A DNA stretch of 64,000 nucleotides from an uncultured virus (IMG/VR IMGVR_UViG_3300025732_000038) (taxonomy: Duplodnaviria; Heunggongvirae; Uroviricota; Caudoviricetes), in the IMG/VR virus record IMGVR_UViG_3300025732_000038; one strand, written 5' to 3'. The position numbers and the translations under genes were made by a program. Below, piece by piece: positions 1 through 8,282 of the stretch; the stretch's first letter is position 1, and each line of letters begins with the position of its first letter. The notes below the pieces were generated by a model, which was not told the DNA's origin, searched no databases, and saw only the letters and a program-made list of their open reading frames with translations.

Positions 1-379
1 CCTTCAGCCACGCATGGCCAACAACAAGAAAGTCTTTTACGGCACGGCGGAACTGGGGCTTCACCTTATAGTGCTTCCACCAGTAGTTCACAACTGCTTC
101 GGTAATGATAGCGCGAGGAGAATCCTGGGGGCTGCGGGCATTGACCGCAATCTTCGGGTAGTTCACCGAAACGCTAGGACTAATGACGTTGACAGTAGCA
201 AAGGCAGCATTGATGAGCAGCCTATCTTCGTCCGTGGCAAACTCGTAGTGTCGTCCACGGTACAGGTCAACTAGGCGACGCCATGTGTCGTCGTATCCTT
301 CTTCGCGCCGCCAACGCTTCGACTTGTAGATGTGCTGCTTGTAGCGGGCGAGAATTTCGCTATTAGAGAGTCTGGGCAT
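1..379 (-). CDS. Portal protein, 5' part (truncated by window edge)
   Basis: Homologous to 37781-38159; begins MPRLSNSEILARYKQH. Confidence 0.85.
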   Translation of the reverse strand, partial: MPRLSNSEILARYKQHIYKSKRWRREEGYDDTWRRLVDLYRGRHYEFATDEDRLLINAAFATVNVISPSVSVNYPKIAVNARSPQDSPRAIITEAVVNYWWKHYKVKPQFRRAVKDFLVVGHAWLK

Positions 380-554
380 CTTCGCTATTCCAAACCTGGG
401 CTGAACGACCCAGCCAGTTCCATACGGCAATCAGGCCAGCAATGCCTGCGGCCTTGAAGAACGAGATGTCAAAGACTGCGGTGGTCAACGGCGAAGCCGT
501 AGCCCCCGCAATGAAGGTGGCAACCGCTCGCTGAAATGCTTCCTTGTAACTCAC
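363..554 (-). CDS. Holin-like small membrane protein
   Basis: 63 aa, two hydrophobic segments, RAVATF motif, conserved in copy 2. Confidence 0.6.
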   Translation of the reverse strand: MSYKEAFQRAVATFIAGATASPLTTAVFDISFFKAAGIAGLIAVWNWLGRSAQVWNSEDAQTL

Positions 555-742
555 AACCCCTCCTTGAGGTGATAGTCAATGTGGTCATCAAGACGGGTAT
601 CGATGTGGTCGACTTTCCGCTCAATTCTGTTCAGAACTTTGAGATTCTCTCCGTGCTGCTCGGTGTTTCTCTTATCGAATCGGTGAAGACCCCACATCAG
701 CGGACCGCCAATGACAGCAACTATGATAGGGACCCACCACAT
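551..742 (-). CDS. Small membrane-anchored coiled-coil protein (lysis-cassette type)
   Basis: MWWVPIIVAVIGGPLMW...RLDDHIDYH; start re-assigned to ATG at 742; conserved in copy 2. Confidence 0.7.
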   Translation of the reverse strand: MWWVPIIVAVIGGPLMWGLHRFDKRNTEQHGENLKVLNRIERKVDHIDTRLDDHIDYHLKEGL

Positions 743-746
743 AGCA

Positions 747-974
747 TTACACCCAACGATTCCCGACGCGCTCGGCCTTGATTCCAGCATCTGCGGCCTG
801 CTGTTCCTGCTGGCGCTGACGCTCCACAATGGTCGGACCATGGAAATCTTCCTTACCATGAGTGAATCCCAGGCGAACACCCTGGATATGACACTTGAAG
901 CACACCGCGCCACGGCGCGGAAGCACCTCAAAGGAGAAGATATTGCCACATTCGGTACAGTTGATAGCGCCCAT
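747..974 (-). CDS. Small zinc-ribbon protein
   Basis: CTECG...CFKC; conserved in copy 2. Confidence 0.7.
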   Translation of the reverse strand: MGAINCTECGNIFSFEVLPRRGAVCFKCHIQGVRLGFTHGKEDFHGPTIVERQRQQEQQAADAGIKAERVGNRWV

Positions 975-996
975 CACAGATAAACCCTTTCGTTAC
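975..996 (-). promoter_or_regulatory. Putative late promoter GTAACGA-N15-ATG
   Basis: GTAACGA AAGGGTTTATCTGTG ATG; identical spacing at five other sites. Confidence 0.65.
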
Positions 997-2582
997 CCAC
1001 GGGAACGGGTGTTATGCGCCCCAAGTGGGACACGTTTGAACGGTTCTTCCTCCGAAATCAAGAATTTCTCGAACCAATTGAGGCTGTATTTGGGGGCGGC
1101 AACCTCCGCCCTGTATTCGGGCAGCCAAACGTACTTGAGCATCTGCCAACAGATAGCGAGGGACATCACCCTGTCGTCATGGGGCGAGCCGTTCATCCTG
1201 CCGTTGGCATTGCGGACGAAAGTGATGAGTTCCTGGATAGTGCGCTCATCCTCAATAGTGATTTCGTAGTCACGGATAGCGGCTGCCAGTTCGTCAATGG
1301 CCAGAGGTTTGGTCGCCACGGTTGTGCGCCAGCCCAGAATCTCGGTTGCTTCGGGATTTCGCTGCTGAAGGCGACGAGTTCGGTAAATATTCTTATAGCC
1401 GTACCGCTGAATAGCCTTCAAGGTAGTCAGACCGTGGTTGTTATTTTCCACGCCTAGCAGGGCGCCGTTATACCAATATCCCAACTCCGCCAGTAGGTCA
1501 CCAAATAGGTCTGGTTCAATGTGTCCGTGCCAATGGGCGACGACCCGCAGGTCGTGCGCCTCGATAATGTGGGCAGAACTATAGTCGCCGTGGGCTAGAC
1601 CCTCGGCTACGTCAGCGCCAATCACATATACCCCATCGGGGCGGGGTTCTTCCCAGATGCAGAACTCCCCATCGGGAGTCTGCCTAAACTCCAGGTTCTT
1701 TCGTGATAGTACGTGGACATAGCCGCGACGTGGGGCGACGGTCTCCAGTTCTCTGAGGGCATCCACATCAAAGACTGGGTTGCCAGACTTGATGAATGCT
1801 TCTTCTGGGTTGCGGGGGTATTCCTGGTGCAACTGCCATGAAGGCATGGAGCGTTCTTTGGATTCGTACCAGTCGTCGTTGCGGTCGCCAGCCGACCACG
1901 GCCAGAAGATGCCCTTGAAGTTGTTGGTACCAGTTTGTGAACCAACCCACAGATGATGGAAGAAGTTGCCCGAACCATTGGCGGTACTCAGGCAGATAAC
2001 GCGACCACCAACGTCAGCAATGGGTTCGATAGAAGCCCATGCTTCCTCACTGTTGGGCAAGAAGGCCATCTCGTCCACAATGACCAGATATACGGACTCA
2101 CCACGAGCGGGGTCATTGCCAGATGGTAGCGACTCAATGGCAGACTCGTTGGCAAATGTCATCTTCAACTGGTTGTCTGACGTCAACTGCGGCCCACGCT
2201 GGCGCATCCAGGAAGGCAGGAACTTGTAGCCGTACTTTGATTTCTGCAGCAACTTTGCTGCTTCGCGCTCTGTGCGCGAAAGCATGACAATGAACCTATC
2301 GGGCCAGAAGAATGCCAGCCAGAAAGCGTATGCTGCAGCCAAAGTGGAGAATCCAATCTGACGTGCTTTGAGCACAACGCTGTAGCGGTTGCTCATCCAG
2401 GCACGAATTGTTTCCGACTGTGCTTCGCGCAACTCAAACAGAATGCGCCCCTGTTCGGGGTGCTTGATGTTCCAGTAGTTCTCACAGAAGTAGGCGAAAC
2501 CCTCCAGTAGGTCATCGATGGAATCGGATTGACCACGGCAGAGCCGCCACTCACGCTCATTGAGCAGTTCGTTTAGTTCCAT
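993..2582 (-). CDS. terL: Terminase large subunit
   Basis: LKARQIGFST Walker A-like, VIVDEMAF Walker B, STANG, GADVAEG and HDDRVM nuclease motifs. Confidence 0.95.
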   Translation of the reverse strand: MELNELLNEREWRLCRGQSDSIDDLLEGFAYFCENYWNIKHPEQGRILFELREAQSETIRAWMSNRYSVVLKARQIGFSTLAAAYAFWLAFFWPDRFIVMLSRTEREAAKLLQKSKYGYKFLPSWMRQRGPQLTSDNQLKMTFANESAIESLPSGNDPARGESVYLVIVDEMAFLPNSEEAWASIEPIADVGGRVICLSTANGSGNFFHHLWVGSQTGTNNFKGIFWPWSAGDRNDDWYESKERSMPSWQLHQEYPRNPEEAFIKSGNPVFDVDALRELETVAPRRGYVHVLSRKNLEFRQTPDGEFCIWEEPRPDGVYVIGADVAEGLAHGDYSSAHIIEAHDLRVVAHWHGHIEPDLFGDLLAELGYWYNGALLGVENNNHGLTTLKAIQRYGYKNIYRTRRLQQRNPEATEILGWRTTVATKPLAIDELAAAIRDYEITIEDERTIQELITFVRNANGRMNGSPHDDRVMSLAICWQMLKYVWLPEYRAEVAAPKYSLNWFEKFLISEEEPFKRVPLGAHNTRSRG

Positions 2583-2583
2583 A

Positions 2584-3336
2584 CTATCGGCGCAAATACG
2601 TCCTGATTTCGGGCGGGAACCCAACTTGAATTACTTGACGCAAAACAATCGTGTCGTTCAGTGTGCGGCCAGCATTTCTCCACAAGGCGACATCTGTGGA
2701 GCCAGCACCAGATGATGCAGTCACACTGAAGGTGATACGCTCCCTGATTGCTTCAGACGATGATGTGGCGGTATCTTCAGCCAGTCTGAATACGGTTCGC
2801 AGCGTCTGCGACGATGCAGAACCAAGTCCAGAACCCGTCGCTCCCCTGAATACTTGGCGCACCCAATCGGCTGTTTGCGATGACGAGCCGCTGCCAGTCG
2901 CGGCTGATGAACGACCCTTGAAAGAAACAATTGAAGATGAGCCAGCACCAGAACCAGAAGCGGTTCTCGGTGCCGTGTGCAACCCCTCAGATGTCTGTGT
3001 TCCAGTTCCGCTGCCAGTTGCCGAAACAACTGCCGTACGTAGCGGCGAAGCGGATGAACTGCCCGTACCAGAACCAGCCGCAGTTTCAAGATGCGATACG
3101 CCACCAACTGCTGTTGATGTTCCAGTTCCAGAACTAGATGCGGTCTTTTCAAATAGACGTAGACCTGATGCTGTTTCTGTGCCAGCGCCACTTCCTGTGG
3201 CGGTGCGCAGTTTTACTGCATTGCCGCTAGAGGACTGCGTTCCTGTTCCAACGCCACTCGCTGTGCGGAGTGGCATGCCTTCATAGTTGAATAGCCCCGA
3301 CTCGTAGAGTGCGGAGGAATCATACAATGCTGCCAT
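2584..3336 (-). CDS. Gly/Ser/Thr-rich repetitive virion/tail protein
   Basis: RTASGSG-type repeats; homolog at 40364-41056. Confidence 0.65.
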   Translation of the reverse strand: MAALYDSSALYESGLFNYEGMPLRTASGVGTGTQSSSGNAVKLRTATGSGAGTETASGLRLFEKTASSSGTGTSTAVGGVSHLETAAGSGTGSSSASPLRTAVVSATGSGTGTQTSEGLHTAPRTASGSGAGSSSIVSFKGRSSAATGSGSSSQTADWVRQVFRGATGSGLGSASSQTLRTVFRLAEDTATSSSEAIRERITFSVTASSGAGSTDVALWRNAGRTLNDTIVLRQVIQVGFPPEIRTYLRR

Positions 3337-3338
3337 TG

Positions 3339-3572
3339 TTATTCTTCCTCTACTAGAGGCTCCTCATCGAAGGAGATTGCTTCTTGCAGCCAAGTGCGCA
3401 TCCAGCGACCGTCAACAAATTCCAATTGTCCCTCAACCCAACGAAATCCGTATTCTGCTTCACTAATGGGTTCGTTTTCTTCTACGAGTTCCCACGGTTC
3501 ACCTGGCGATAATGCAACATCACCATCGTAACGGGGATATTCTCCAGTTCTGGCATTTCTGTACAGACTCAC
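3339..3572 (-). CDS. Small acidic protein after the receptor-binding gene (tail-fibre chaperone-like)
   Basis: GTG start overlapping the upstream stop; SLYRNARTGEYPRY. Confidence 0.55.
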   Translation of the reverse strand: MSLYRNARTGEYPRYDGDVALSPGEPWELVEENEPISEAEYGFRWVEGQLEFVDGRWMRTWLQEAISFDEEPLVEEE

Positions 3573-4912
3573 AGCACTCCCTTTGCAACTGTTGGGGTAG
3601 TTGTTGAATTGGAAGGAAGGGTTGTTGCTGAATATGTCCATGTCAATGTAGACGATGCGGGATTTGTCCCAGTCGTCAATGTTGCCGAAGCATCAGTAAA
3701 CGATGACGCGGAATAGGTAAAAACTCCAGAGCCACTAGGCATGGTAACTGGGGTTGTCCATGAACCAGTATTGGAACCATCCTTTGGCAATCTAGCCAAC
3801 CATATTCTACCATCTATCTGAACATCAAGATACATGCTATCTGCATCTACGGCAATGCCAAAGTCTCCAAATGACGGGATTGCACCACCAACGGTGAAGT
3901 CGACCTTTCTCTGGAACTGCAAAGTTCCAGAAGAATTATATTTAGCAATGATTCCCTTTTGTGCGCCAGACGTTGATAGTGAAGCGGTCATATAGATGTT
4001 ATCACTAGAATCAATTGCCAAATCTCCAGTATTAGAGAATGTTTCACCAGACGCAGAAATAGAACGTGTCCACTGCACTACATTGGATGAATTTATCTTG
4101 ACTAAATAAAGTTTATGCAGAGTCAAGTCAGCAAATGAGAAGTATACATTGTCGGAAGAATCAACGACAATTCCATTGATGTTAGCGGAGTTTGATGATG
4201 TTGCCGACACGTAGGCTTTGCCCCATTGAAATGTGCCGCTTGAGTTGTACTTTGCTACAACTGGATTGTCCTCGGTCAAGTCGCGAGCAAGAATATAAAT
4301 ATTCTCGCTGGAATCAAGCGCGCAATAATGAATCAAATCATCATATGTATTCGCTGAAGAAAACTTCTCATCCCAAGTTATTGTAAGACCAGAAGTTGCA
4401 AACTTGGTTATTCCAATATCTGGTGATGTAGTGTTGATTCCAGAAGTAAAGTATAATGATGCGTCAGTTGAATTGATTGCGATTCCACCACCATTGATTT
4501 GGTCAGTTGTGTAGAATCTGCGTGTCCACTGATGAGACCCGCTACTATCTAACTTTGTCAAAAGTTGGTCATCATCAGTAACCGAACATGACATTAGATA
4601 AATATTATTTGACGAATCAATTGCCGCCTGATTACAGGACATATTCTGTGTTGTGTAATACATGCTTCGTTCCCACTGGAACACAGCCTGCTTATTTAGC
4701 GCCACAATCCCAGCACCATTATAGGTGGACGAAATGTTGTCTCTCTGAAATGCAATAATTAGATTTCCATTTGGGCTCAAATAAATTTGAGCGTAAGAGG
4801 TGCTATTTCTGAAGTTTGCATCATTTATGATTGCCTGCCAGTAGTCCGAAGAACCCCGTCCAAAACCAAGGGAACCAACGGCGATATTGGCCATCGTGCT
4901 AACAACGGGCAC
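3569..4912 (-). CDS. Beta-propeller tail / putative receptor-binding protein (allele A)
   Basis: Repeated IAIDSSxNIY...KYNSSGTxQW blades; visibly AT-richer; replaced in copy 2. Confidence 0.75.
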   Translation of the reverse strand: MPVVSTMANIAVGSLGFGRGSSDYWQAIINDANFRNSTSYAQIYLSPNGNLIIAFQRDNISSTYNGAGIVALNKQAVFQWERSMYYTTQNMSCNQAAIDSSNNIYLMSCSVTDDDQLLTKLDSSGSHQWTRRFYTTDQINGGGIAINSTDASLYFTSGINTTSPDIGITKFATSGLTITWDEKFSSANTYDDLIHYCALDSSENIYILARDLTEDNPVVAKYNSSGTFQWGKAYVSATSSNSANINGIVVDSSDNVYFSFADLTLHKLYLVKINSSNVVQWTRSISASGETFSNTGDLAIDSSDNIYMTASLSTSGAQKGIIAKYNSSGTLQFQRKVDFTVGGAIPSFGDFGIAVDADSMYLDVQIDGRIWLARLPKDGSNTGSWTTPVTMPSGSGVFTYSASSFTDASATLTTGTNPASSTLTWTYSATTLPSNSTTTPTVAKGVL

Positions 4913-4921
4913 AACTAACTC

Positions 4922-5569
4922 CTAAGCAAACTTGGTGCGGGCAGCAAATACCGTGTATGTGGGCGTAGCAGCAGTCTTGATAATAGTAAATGTGTACAGG
5001 TCAACTGACGACGCATTGCCCGATGTCGGGGCGGAACCATTCTGCCATTTAGGCGTAACCGCCGAACCATCAATTTGGAAAGCAGACGCATAATATGCGG
5101 TCGCCCCTTGGGTTACAGCAAATGCCAAAGTGATGCTATCGCCAGTATTCAACAATGAAGCCAAAGTGGCTGACCCGTTACCGCGGAAATTGAAAGTCCA
5201 GTTGGCGCTAGCGTCGCTGGTGTAGTACCATGCGCTAGCAGTATTTGCATCCATGTTCACTGTGCCAGTGGCGGCAGTAGCCGACACATTCCAAGTTTCC
5301 TCGGTTTCCTTCAGCACCGCACCATTGATTGTGGGGGCCGTAAGAGTCTTGTTCGTCAGCGTTTGGGTCCCAGTGAGAGTAGCCGCCTGCGCTACTTTGT
5401 AATCAAGGCTGGAGGTCACAGCCGAACTGTCAACACCGACCTTGGCTTGCAGTGCTTCAATAGCGTCGTTCGCATTGGCGTGTTGCGCCGAATGCGACGG
5501 GCTATTCAGCGCATCGCTAGAAGTAGGATTAGTCAGCGCATCAAGCGAGGTGGGAAAGTTGGTGGCCAT
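4922..5569 (-). CDS. Minor tail / tail fibre protein
   Basis: MATNFPTSLD...HANANDAIEALQAKVG; TLTGTQTLTNKTLT fibre motif. Confidence 0.75.
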   Translation of the reverse strand: MATNFPTSLDALTNPTSSDALNSPSHSAQHANANDAIEALQAKVGVDSSAVTSSLDYKVAQAATLTGTQTLTNKTLTAPTINGAVLKETEETWNVSATAATGTVNMDANTASAWYYTSDASANWTFNFRGNGSATLASLLNTGDSITLAFAVTQGATAYYASAFQIDGSAVTPKWQNGSAPTSGNASSVDLYTFTIIKTAATPTYTVFAARTKFA

Positions 5570-5572
5570 CGA

Positions 5573-5935
5573 TTAGTCCAGCGTCAAAGTCAGGCTGGTA
5601 ATCTGGAACGTGTCACCAGCGGTTACGGCGGCGGACGACGACAAAGCACCCGACCACAGACAGTTGCCAGCACTGGCCGCATCCCATGCGGACCAATGGC
5701 TGTATGTCTCCGTGTTCGGCACACTTGTCCACGTCACAGCAGCGGACGAAGCCAGCGAACCACTGGCTGCAGTGGAGAACGAAACTGACTGACGGGTCGT
5801 ATTGGCGGCGGCATTGGCCGTACCATCCTCACCAGGGTCCCCGAGGTGCAACTTCAAATACACGGCGGAGATGGAAAGCGACTGCGCACGGAGGGTGTCC
5901 AGCAACTTGTTCTCAAGATAGTTAGAAATGCTCAC
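5573..5935 (-). CDS. Small tail-associated structural protein
   Basis: MSISNYLENKLLD...LHxGDPGEDGT; conserved in copy 2. Confidence 0.7.
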   Translation of the reverse strand: MSISNYLENKLLDTLRAQSLSISAVYLKLHLGDPGEDGTANAAANTTRQSVSFSTAASGSLASSAAVTWTSVPNTETYSHWSAWDAASAGNCLWSGALSSSAAVTAGDTFQITSLTLTLD

Positions 5936-6072
5936 TCGGCGTCCTCAGTTGACTCGGGGGAAGGTTCCCCATCACAGCACGAATCCTTGAAGCCACAAGA
6001 AGGACACCGCCAGCGGCAAGCCGTGGGCGGATACTCCTCTCCGCAGTTCAAGCATTCAACTAAATGCCCCAT
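5932..6072 (-). CDS. 46-aa CPxCG-type zinc-finger microprotein (not in ORF track)
   Basis: MGHLVECLNCGEEYPPTACRWRCPSCGFKDSCCDGEPSPESTEDAE; same protein in copy 2 with synonymous changes. Confidence 0.7.
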   Translation of the reverse strand: MGHLVECLNCGEEYPPTACRWRCPSCGFKDSCCDGEPSPESTEDAE

Positions 6073-6075
6073 TCG

Positions 6076-6510
6076 TTACATCACCCTAAGGTGCGAACCA
6101 CGAGTCTCGCGCTCCCTAGAAGCCACAGCCGCAATCAACTCATCCAACTCTTGGTCGGACAGTTCCGCGGCCCCCTTCTCGGTTTTCACATTCAAGGTCG
6201 GAGGAGCCATGCGGTTGGTCGCCTGCAGGTACAACTGGGCGGCCTTGATGTCGCCCTCCAGAGCCTTGGCATACAGCGTGTCCAGCAGCCTTTGGCTGCG
6301 CTCTGGCGACCCCTGAACATCGTCCACCTTGGCCTGCCACGCCTTGCGGAAGACATCCTTCTTCTCCCAGCGGCGAAGGGTCGAAACATCGATCCCGTGG
6401 GCAGCCGCATAGGCGTTCTTTGAGGATGGTTCTCGTTCTTGAGGAGGGGTGCAGAGCCAGGAAATATAGGCTTCCTGTCTTGCGTCTAGAATATTCTCTT
6501 CCAGTGCCAT
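6076..6510 (-). CDS. Putative terminase small subunit (HTH)
   Basis: HTH GIDVSTLRRWEK; ALEGDIKAAQLYL; first gene of the late operon. Confidence 0.7.
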   Translation of the reverse strand: MALEENILDARQEAYISWLCTPPQEREPSSKNAYAAAHGIDVSTLRRWEKKDVFRKAWQAKVDDVQGSPERSQRLLDTLYAKALEGDIKAAQLYLQATNRMAPPTLNVKTEKGAAELSDQELDELIAAVASRERETRGSHLRVM

Positions 6511-6532
6511 TACCCATAATCACCCTCGTTAC
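6511..6532 (-). promoter_or_regulatory. Putative late promoter GTAACGA-N15-ATG
   Basis: GTAACGA GGGTGATTATGGGTA ATG. Confidence 0.65.
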
Positions 6533-6569
6533 CTCGGGTGCGGTGCAATGTAACGCGTAACGCTTTGGA

Positions 6570-6645
6570 TAGGGGCCTACAGTGATCGGGCGGAGCCTCC
6601 AGCGAACGCCCGATATTGATCCCCAGAAACTACGACGAAGACAGG
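6570..6645 (+). promoter_or_regulatory. TAGGGG-NN-TACAGT-hairpin-AACTACGAC module
   Basis: Same architecture at 13376, 43953, 50432. Confidence 0.55.
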
Positions 6646-6651
6646 TGAGTG

Positions 6652-6945
6652 ATGGCTAGCAAGAAGAGGGTCGCGGCCAAGAAGGCCGCCAAGGTCATGC
6701 ATGAGTTCAAGGCAGGGTCTCTACATTCTGGGAAAAATGGTCCTATTGTGAAGTCTCGTAAGCAGGCCATTGCCATCGCTATCAGCGAAGGCAAGCAGGC
6801 CACAAAGACACCCAAGGGATACCATCGGATGCCCAACGGCAAACTCATGAAGGGGGAGTCCCACAAGGAAGGACCCCGCCACGAACGTGGCGAGTCCAAA
6901 GCCGAGAAGCGAGCCGAGTACGGCCCCAAGCCGAAGAAGAAATAA
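6652..6945 (+). CDS. Lys-rich basic protein (DUF6496-like N-terminus)
   Basis: KVMHEFKAGSLHSG...RKQAIAIAISE; C-terminal half is a separate gene in copy 2. Confidence 0.75.
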   Translation: MASKKRVAAKKAAKVMHEFKAGSLHSGKNGPIVKSRKQAIAIAISEGKQATKTPKGYHRMPNGKLMKGESHKEGPRHERGESKAEKRAEYGPKPKKK

Positions 6946-7232
6946 TGGCCACCCCCAGGGACCCACGACTAGCAAGGGCGGGAGTGTCGGGCTACAACAA
7001 GCCCAAGCGCACCCCCAACCACCCCAAGAAATCCCATGTGGTGGTCGCCAAACAAGGCGACCAAATCAAGACCATCCGCTTCGGACAGCAAGGCGTCCAA
7101 GGCTCCCCCAAGAAAGCAGGAGAATCCGCCTCATACAGAAAACGGCGGGAATCCTTCAAAGCAAGACACGCCACCAACATCGCCAAAGGCAAGATGTCGG
7201 CGGCCTACTGGGCAGACAAGGTGAAATGGTGA
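6945..7232 (+). CDS. Conserved basic phage protein
   Basis: GVSGYNKPKRTP...IRFGQQG...SFKARH...SAAYWA; conserved in copy 2. Confidence 0.8.
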   Translation: MATPRDPRLARAGVSGYNKPKRTPNHPKKSHVVVAKQGDQIKTIRFGQQGVQGSPKKAGESASYRKRRESFKARHATNIAKGKMSAAYWADKVKW

Positions 7233-7489
7233 GCGAACACAAAACACCCCCCATCCAAATCGTAGAATGGTGGGACTCCTTCAGCATCGAAGACGAATGG
7301 TACGACCTCAACACCAAACACCCCCACAGACATATCTTTAGCACGGGTTATGTCGTAGGAGAAGACGACCATTACGTTCATCTAGCCACCACATTCGACC
7401 CATACAGCGGAACCTACTCAGTAGCCATCGCCATATATAAGCCCTGCATAGTGGCCAGAACGCCACTAGCCACAGCAGGCTTCCACTAA
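7226..7489 (+). CDS. Hypothetical protein (VEWWD motif)
   Basis: ATG at 7226 overlaps the upstream stop; near-identical to 44647-44913. Confidence 0.75.
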   Translation: MVSEHKTPPIQIVEWWDSFSIEDEWYDLNTKHPHRHIFSTGYVVGEDDHYVHLATTFDPYSGTYSVAIAIYKPCIVARTPLATAGFH

Positions 7490-7754
7490 ACAAACCCCCC
7501 ACATATACAAAGAAGTCCAGACGGCCCTCGGCCTCACGATTCCTTCGTCATCACGCCCGCACACCCACCCATGCGCCCACCCTCGCGCACGAGGACATGA
7601 CCAACGATGTCGCCGTATGCGCCTGCCTGCCGTTTCGTGAAATCGGAATAATCCTCGGTGCGCCATAGGTGTGAGGAAACGAGCGTATTCCGCCCTAGAC
7701 ATCGCATGTTCATGGCGTGTCGCTGGTATCCGCACACACACATCACATCAACGA

Positions 7755-7774
7755 GTTGATAGGTTCCTATCAAC
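7755..7774. promoter_or_regulatory. Palindromic operator-like site A1
   Basis: GTTGATAGG-TT-CCTATCAAC. Confidence 0.8.
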
Positions 7775-7794
7775 GATCATAAGGAGAGAATGTC

Positions 7795-8268
7795 ATAGTA
7801 ACTTCCGATCGTACGCGACGCGTCGCGCAGACCAATTTCAGCAAGCACGAGCGCGCTATTCGTCGTGGCAACCAGCACGCGTTGTGCGCGTGGTGGGACG
7901 CGGCACGCGAGTGTATCGCTGACTACGAGAGCAACGGTTCGGAGTACGCTCGCAAGAGCAAGTCCAGCGACTGGTCGCGGGACACGATTCGTGCGTACAT
8001 CAACCGTATCGTTCGGCTGATAGAGCAGGGTCACAAGCCCGCCGAGTTCAAGAGTCTTGAACATGCGTGGGAAACGCTCGGCTACTACTCCAACAAGAGC
8101 AAGGCTCCGAAGCCTGTGGAGACTGGCACGCGCAAGGTGAACGCGACGACGCGCAAGGCGTACGACGCGTTGTTTGCGACGGCTGAGTTCCGTGCGTTGC
8201 CTGCCGCTGAGAAGGCGCTGATTCGCAAGTTGCGAGACGGCAAGGCGTTCCACACCAACATCGGCTGA
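7795..8268 (+). CDS. Putative early DNA-binding regulator, probable AUA start (157 aa)
   Basis: Frame open from 7783; AAGGAG 8 nt before ATA; basic; remote homolog of 45221-45706; bracketed by palindromes. Confidence 0.65.
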   Translation: MVTSDRTRRVAQTNFSKHERAIRRGNQHALCAWWDAARECIADYESNGSEYARKSKSSDWSRDTIRAYINRIVRLIEQGHKPAEFKSLEHAWETLGYYSNKSKAPKPVETGTRKVNATTRKAYDALFATAEFRALPAAEKALIRKLRDGKAFHTNIG

Positions 8269-8281
8269 TAGGTTCCTATCA
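8266..8281. promoter_or_regulatory. Palindromic operator-like site A2 (overlaps TGA stop)
   Basis: TGATAGG-TT-CCTATCA. Confidence 0.8.
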
Positions 8282-8282
8282 A

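Noticed and set aside
3569..4912. Diversity-generating retroelement acting on tail genes
   Set aside because: No reverse transcriptase and no adenine-specific TR/VR repeat pair seen
7790..7840. T4 gene 60-style translational bypass from TCA-TAG to a downstream TCA
   Set aside because: The matching TCA at 7838 is in the wrong frame for the long ORF; AUA initiation explains both copies more simply
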